Assembly (NCBI RefSeq): GCF_009914755.1
Contig: NC_060945.1
Strand: one strand, 5' to 3'
DNA: 64,000 bases
Source of the DNA: the human T2T-CHM13v2.0 reference genome, Homo sapiens
Made by a program: the position numbers and the translations under genes. Each line of letters starts with the position of its first letter. Position 1 is the stretch's first letter. Under the pieces are notes generated by a model. It saw only the letters and a program-made list of their open reading frames with translations, had not been told where the DNA came from and did no database searches. Positions 55,984-64,000 of this stretch are shown piece after piece.

Positions 55984-56609
55984 GTTCACCAAAGATGAAG
56001 AGTTTATAATTTAATGGTACATTTCCTTTCTTAAGTCATCTGAGTTAGATTGGCTGTAAAAATAACCTTACACCACTGGCTATTGGCTCCTTCTCTTCTT
56101 AGACCTGGACACAGTGCCCGATGTCCAAGGCTGAAAAGGTTTAGAAACAGGACTTTAAGGTAAGACAGGGATTCCAGTGACAGCTACTGAGTCCGCTGAA
56201 ATGCAGGGAGGGGTCCTGGGCTTCTCAGAACCCCACCTAGATTTGGAAGGAACCTCTCTGAGGGGTGCACATCCATGGACAAACTCCCGGGGCGCCTGGG
56301 GACTGACTTCCCCCAGACACATCTGTCTTTCTCTCCTGCTGTTGCTAGGAAGCTGTAGGCATCCCGGAGTCTAGGCCCTGCCACTCTTAATCCAGAGGTG
56401 AAAAATAAAGAGGGTGTCCATGCTGCCACCGGGGAAGAAAGTCTTGGTCATTTCCTCAGTATCTTCTCTACCATCAGGGAAAAAATATCACCTCTTTCAT
56501 TAGGAAAGACCCTGGAATCTGCCTCTGCTTCTAAACATTACGGTTTATTTTATTTTATTTTATTTTTGCATAGTGCATGCACCCAGAGCTTACTGTCTTC
56601 CTGGATTTC

Positions 56610-56923
<314 letters not shown>

Positions 56924-58199
56924 TTCCTGGATTTCTTGTATTACTTTTAATAATAATAATTTAAAAAAACACAGGAAAAGAAACGATGTATTCCAGCCCT
57001 GTCCTTTGCTTCATGGCTGTTACACTGACACTGTGATTGTAAGCTTGAATTTCGGGTCGTAGGCAATTTTCTGACAAAGCCCCCCACTTCTCCCTCAGCC
57101 ACTGCCCCTGCACCGCCCTCAGCATGAAGCTTAAAAGGGAGAGAATATAGATCCCACCCCAAGGGCAAAGAGTCAACGGGTCCACATCCACAAGTCCTGA
57201 GCACTCTTGCATTTATTTCACAAGTCAGTGAAAGCCAATGGGATGTCCCTTTCCGATGCTGCATGGGAGCAATGAGAAGCAGCCAGAGAGGCATCACCTG
57301 ACCAGGCGGCTGGCTGGCATAGGGGGGTGGCTGTGGCCAGCTGGAGGGGGCTGCTGGGCATGGTGGGGGTGAGGGGCAGAGGACAGCACCTGAAGGATGC
57401 TTGGAGAAGGGATGGGGAGCAGAATCCATCAGGGCGCTCCCAGCTCAGTAGCAGGGACTGTGCTGGCTGCTGGGGTATAAGGTAGTAGGAGAGCAGGGAG
57501 AAATGCAGTCAGTGACCAGGAGGATTTCTGGTAATCAACGCCACAGTTCTTTACTTGGGAGACAGTTTTGTTGGGGATAAAAGCTCCTGGAGTCCAGACA
57601 CTATAACCCCCTTGACACCTCTTGATTCCAGGAATTCACTCTGTGCTTGGGACGATTATGTGCTCTATAAAGAGGGACTGGCTGACCAGTGTGTTCTGCT
57701 CAAGTTGGTTACAACATTGATTTTGACATCAGACAAGTGGTCTTAACCCTTAGAACCGTCATTCCTGAGATGTGTAGTCTAGAAAAGTTGCTTAAATTCC
57801 CTAAGCCTCAGTTACCTCATCCATGAGATGGGACAAAGACTGTGTATGCTGTAGGTTGATTGAAAAGACGAAAGCCACGAGGTACCTAAGGCACCAGCAT
57901 GGTGCTCACTGGATTCTGAGGAAGCACAGCCTCTCCTTGTCATACTTGGGCAGCATCTGACAATGGTCAAAATTCTTTCACGTGTGTTTTTCAGACCCCA
58001 GGTCAACCCCAAGATAAAGAGACAAAGAAAAAGTGTTTCTACTTTTAGAGAATACCCGTGATGATAGCTTGATGTAAAACCAAGGGGTGGGAGAGAATGG
58101 AACCAGCTGGAGGAATTAAAATGCCAAGGGCCAGGACTTAGGAAAGAAGCCTGTGGCTCGATCCTGAGCATTTCTGTCTGTTTTTTTTCCCTAAACCTT

Positions 58200-58820
<621 letters not shown>

Positions 58821-60579
58821 TGTTTTAAACTCATAATTTCACCCATGGCATCGATGATGGAGACATGAAGCTGGACCCCCACCCAGCCATAGCTTGATCT
58901 GTATATGGAAAATGCCTTCCCTGTCCTGAAATTCAATAAAGAGAAAATGACAGAAGAACCACATGCACTACTGTTTTTACAAATCCTAGAGTCATGTAAC
59001 TTCCTTAAGAAAGACATTATTAGCTGAGTACCATTTTATCGGGAGGAGCTGGGAGTGTGAGTGGATTTCATGGTGCCACATCAGCTCTGGTTTTGTGGCA
59101 ATCGATAAAAGACACCCAGAGCAGCAGGAGCAAAGCCATAGAAGGGAGAGTTTATGGTCAATATTTTTGATATGTAGAACCTGTGATACCTACTGTAAAA
59201 AGTAATTACAATAAATATTCTAATTTAAAATTTTCATCATTCATAATAGAACTGTAATCAAATAGGTTTGATTTTAAGTGATGTGTCATAGGTCCAGTAT
59301 TTTGATAAATACTTCCTGAATATTCTCTCATTCCATCCTTGGAATAACACTGGGAGGAGGGGTTAGTAGCCCTGTTTTCCAGAGGAAGCACAGGGTCTGA
59401 GCTTGTTGTTCAATGTTGCCTGGTATTTGGGAGCTGGGCTGGATTTGGAGAGGAGAGGGGGACGGGGCTGTGTCTACCTTCAGTATAGTCAGGCTGGACA
59501 CTGTGTAGCCAGGGACGGTGCAGTCAAGATGGGTAGGGATGCGGAGAAGTCACCAGCCAGGACAGTGCCACCCTGAGTGGGTGCCAGCAGACTTGTGCCT
59601 GGGCATGAACCCTAGGGGCGATCCATCTGCACCCAGACAACCCAGCATGGTGGTGGGGGAGGTTTCCCAAAACTCCAGCTTTATTTTTGGGTCCAGAAGG
59701 AAGCACTGGCCAGGGGTAAGGTTGTTGGAAGAGCATTCCCTGTTCCACGTGGGAGTTGGGTTGGTAGCCAGGGGCAAGCTGAGAAGCTGGGAGAGCTGGC
59801 AGGAACAGCGAGGAAGTGGCAGGACAGAGACGGAAGTGAGTCCTGACCTGTCCTCTGCCCATGCCTGCATGCTGTGCATCCACTGCCCTGGGAGTCGAGG
59901 TGATGGCCCCGTACTGGCCCCAGGATCCGCTTCTGTCATTCTACCAGCTGGGATTGCAATGATTTGTCCACTTGTTGAACGATTCAGCGTTTTTTTTTTT
60001 CTGCTACTTTTCTCACTACCTGCATCTGAAAATACTTCTCTTCCCTGGTCAGCCTGCGGTCACCCCGGGGGATTGGCTTGCTGGTTTTTCCAGTTGGACC
60101 AGATGCACCCATCGGAGCTGCATCAGCCTCTGGGCCTGGAGGAGAGAATGTTTCCTTAGGCACATCTTGGCTGCCACCAGAAATGTCAGCCTCGCCGGGC
60201 GTTATATGGACTCATGTGCACATCCAGGCAGGGTCCAGAGCCCAGGATGTTTGCATTCAGGCTCCAGGCCCCCAGTTTCCAGCGAGATGGCTGTCTGCCA
60301 GCCACCGAGCCCTCGGCCTCAGCCTCACCTCTGTAACGTGGGGATTTGGTGATCTGCCCAACCAGTGGCCACGTGAAATAATAGATCTGAGAATGCTTTG
60401 AAGAGAGAAGGAAGCACCAAAGTAGTCCACAGCTGGCTGGGTGGGCCGGGGTTTCTCTGGTCTCGGCTCATTCCGGCTCATTCTCTGTGTCAACACTGGC
60501 AAGACGCACCCACTCTGCACAAACTCTGGGCGCTCAGTGCTGCTGGAGGGAGGATGCGGCATATTTGCAAGAAGCCTAC

Positions 60580-61420
60580 AAGGGGCCCATGCTAGTTTTG
60601 TAGAGGATGAAGTTTATACAATGTGGGGGAACTTCCCTAAGGAATAGTATACAAAATTATAAATACAAGAGCAGATCCAAAGCAGATTATATTGGTTTAA
60701 AATGAGAAATGAAAATATAATGGATTACAAATTCTAAAAAGCTAACAGTATCATAATATCACAAATCCACAAAAATAATATAATAATTTTATTAATTTTA
60801 TAATTCCTTTTAAATTACAGCTTTGAGGTGCATACTCTTTGCTTACTTCTTAGGACAATAACTATAAAAATAGCATTCCTGCTGAGCACTTGGAAGGATA
60901 CTTCAGCCTTCTCTTGACATGGTAGCTTCTGGCTCTGGAATTCTAAAACCCCCTTCTCTACTCCGTTTCCCGAAAACTTAAAGTGCTGGGCACCATGGGG
61001 CATACTGTACCTCTACGGTGGGGAGACACCTGGCCCTGCACTTTGCCACCCAGCAGTCACTGTGTGTGTTACGTGTATTCCTGGAAGCCATTCCCACGGC
61101 TCAGAGTTAACCACAAATTACCTGCACATGACTGCTGACAACATAAGAACTACTCACTGGTCCCAACTTTGGTGCACCTCCCACTCCCTTAGCACTGCTC
61201 CAGTATGCCTGACCACTGCACTACGGCCAGGACACCCAGAGAGGAGAGAGAGCATGAACAGAAACAGACAGCGATCCTCAGGATTGCCACGAAAATAGCT
61301 TACTCTTGCAATGTTCGCAAAATGCCACAGCCATGCAGCTTTCTCCCAGGACTTCTAGGCTCCAGCTTTCCAGGAAATCTCCCATTTGAGCTCAACAGGA
61401 AAGTTCTGGAACCAACCTAG
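60580..61420 (+). mobile_element. Possible MER53/old hAT-related element
   Basis: ttttgtagaggatgaagtttatacaat..tacaaaattataaatacaa resembles the MER53 left end; extent uncertain. Confidence 0.4.
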
Positions 61421-62073
61421 CTTCTCTGTAGTGCTTGGGAGGTCTGAACCCACTGTTCTCAAGCCAGTGAGACCCAGGCGGGCCCTTTACCTGGACTTCT
61501 CCAACCTGGACCCCTGCAAACCCGTCTGTCTCTGCTTCTGCAGGTGAAGCGGGAGGAGGAGACCAAGGCCAGCGCAGCCCACCCGCCCTGCACCAGTGCA
61601 CGGTCCCCACCCTTTCTCTTCCTTTCCGTGTCTTTACTTGTCAGCCACCTCATTTGATTAGTTCAGAAGAGGCACAGGTAGCTCATTGCCTTTCTCTCCT
61701 TATTAGTGAAGAGATAGCACTTGGTGTTTCTAGTCCAGGAAGCATGGAGGAGCCATCCCCGAGCAGACAGGGGTAAATTGGTGGTGAAATGATCACTGGG
61801 GTTCAGACAAGTTAGATCTGATATGAATTCTGGATCCCCAAAGGGAGACACCAAGGAGGCAACTGAATATCCGAGTCTGGAGTTGCAGAGAGGCCCGGGC
61901 TGGGGGCAGGAACACAGGAGTCTTTCCCATGTGGGTATCAAGACAATCTTTAATGCCGTAATGCTGGCTGGGATCTCCCAGGAAATGAAGCTGGAGACAA
62001 GAGCCCCATGCAGTTCCCTGGGGCACAGCAGAAAGCTCTAAGGAGGGACAGGAGGAAAACAAGGTGAAGGAGG

Positions 62074-62435
62074 TGCTTGGGCTAAATTGTGGCCCCCAAA
62101 ATCCATATGTTGAAGTCCTAACCCCCGTACCTCAGAATGTGACCTTATTTGGAAACAGGGTCTTTGTGGAGGTGATTGAGTTCGAATGACGGCATTAGGG
62201 TGGGCCTGGTCCGATCTGACTATGTCCTGTAAGACGAGGAGATGAGGACACAGATGCACACAGAGGGATGACCCTGTGAGGACACAGGGAGGAGATGCCA
62301 TCTGCAAGCCGAGGAGAGAGGATTCAGAGGAACCAGCCCTGCCAATAACTTCATCTTGGATTTTCAGCCTCCAGGACTTTGAACCAATAAATGTACGTTG
62401 AAGCTCCCCACCTGTGGGATTTGTTATTGCCGCTC
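62074..62435 (+). mobile_element. MLT1 (MaLR) LTR
   Basis: atatgttgaagtcctaacccc..agaatgtgaccttatttggaaa..ccatctgcaagcc..AATAAA. Confidence 0.82.
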
Positions 62436-64000
62436 CATACAGGTGGGGGCCTGGGAACCTGGACTCATACAGGTCGGGGCCTGGGAACTTGGGAAAATCG
62501 TGCATCGCAGAGTGGGGCCCAGGAGGCCACTGCTGCTGGGGGTCAAGTGAGAGTAAGGCTGGGAATGTCCCTCCTTCCCCATGAGCGTTCTGAATTGTTT
62601 TCTGATAATAACGGAACAGATATGTTTGGAAATAGTTTAAAATCTATTACTGTGACTGGTGCTTCACATATTTGTTTGTCTCAAAACACACAGATAGATA
62701 ATCTATATAAAGAGAAAACAAGAAGACACAGACTGGAAAACAGATCTGGTTGTTACCAAGGCATTTAGCATGCAATTTCTCATTTGCTGTGGACACGACG
62801 AGAAGAGAATTCCTCACTCGGTTTTCTGTCTGCCACCTTGCTAGTGATCAGCCCACTGGGAACATTTTATTAACCCCTTATTAAACTTTTATTAGTTTTA
62901 CTTCCATTGCCTAGATAATCACTGTCCAATGAACACAATGCAAGCTAAAAAAAAAAACAAACTACTGAAAATCCAGATGGACACCTTTTGTGGGGGCAGA
63001 AATGGAACAGAAACGCTTAGCAGCAGCAGCGAGGGACATTGCAGCCACCAGCTGAAGAAGGGCTCCTGCCCCAGGGGTCCGGCGTGGTTTGGGTCTAGGG
63101 GTCATGGGGCCAAGAGGGCATCCAGAGAGACAAGCAGTCAGGGTCAGAATCAGACTCTGGGAGTGCAGGTTGAAATGAGACTGCTGCAGACCTCCCTCCT
63201 GAAATGTTTGTAGCAAACTGGTCCCCAGCAGGACTGGGGACAAGAAGGTGTCTCAGCAGGATGGGAAAAACTGAGATGCTGGGCCAGGGACACTCCGCTG
63301 ACTTCTAGGCAGGGGTTGCGAATGTCACGGTGAGACCTGGTCCTGGACGGAGACCAGCAGGCAGGAGGAGGCAGTCACGGAAATCCACAGAGAGAAAAGA
63401 AATTGCATAAGGAGATGGCACTCCTCAAATGGGGTGGGGCACCACAACTCCAGAACAAATGCCAATGCAGGGCACAGATGAGAAAAGCCATCATTAGAAT
63501 ATGCATCTTAGCTGGGTGTGGTGGCACGCACCTGTAGTCCCAGCTACTCGGGAGGCATGAGCCACCATGCTTGACTTCAATTAAAAAAAAAATAGGCATT
63601 CTTTCCAGGAAAATTAATTTTACAGAAAATCTGACATAGACTTTAAAATAGGTATGTGAAGTCCGCTCACAGAGATAACTTCTATTTCTCTGTTTGGATT
63701 TCATGATGCCCCGGAGTATCTTTTATGCATAGGAAAGACGATTTGCAATGACTTTTAAAAAAAATATATTTGATGTTTCAAGCTACAAATTTTAAAACAT
63801 GGTTTTTCCTTAGGCTTTCATGTTTAATTCCTCTTGTTCTACTTAGAAATCTGGAGAATTTTGATAATTACTCAGAAAAGGGGCTTTACAATTTTTGTTT
63901 ATTAAATGTTCTCAAATGTTTTGAATTGCATTTATCATTTTTAAATATTTTTAGTTTCATTTTAAGTACTTCAGTTGTCTAACAAAACTTTTTCAAGTAC

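Noticed and set aside
62436-62495. 30-bp unit duplicated (catacaggt.ggggcctgggaac.tgg)
   Set aside because: Simple two-copy tandem duplication at an LTR edge with no functional evidence

Overview
Human genomic DNA covering the 5' two-thirds of TMPRSS2 (chr21q22) on the minus strand plus about 32 kb upstream. Exons 2-8 are recovered with GT-AG boundaries and splice in frame (N-terminal tail, TM helix, LDLRA, SRCR; the protease domain lies left of the window). Two adjacent first exons sit in a CpG island at 31.5-31.7 kb. Upstream are a decayed ERV-L provirus (33.7-40.1 kb), the androgen-receptor enhancer about 13.6 kb from the TSS (45.2-45.45 kb), and many Alu, L1, LTR and DNA-transposon relics. 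Most notable unexplained structures: (1) an inverted duplication that places a copy of promoter-proximal sequence (32255-32781) directly against the AR enhancer (44947-45208); (2) a non-Alu 80-bp inverted repeat, about 94% identical, bracketing exon 3; (3) an out-of-frame uORF and hairpin overlapping the TMPRSS2 start codon. Repeat family names come from recalled consensus sequences and their boundaries are approximate. Identities were counted by hand. Novelty could not be checked without a literature or database search.
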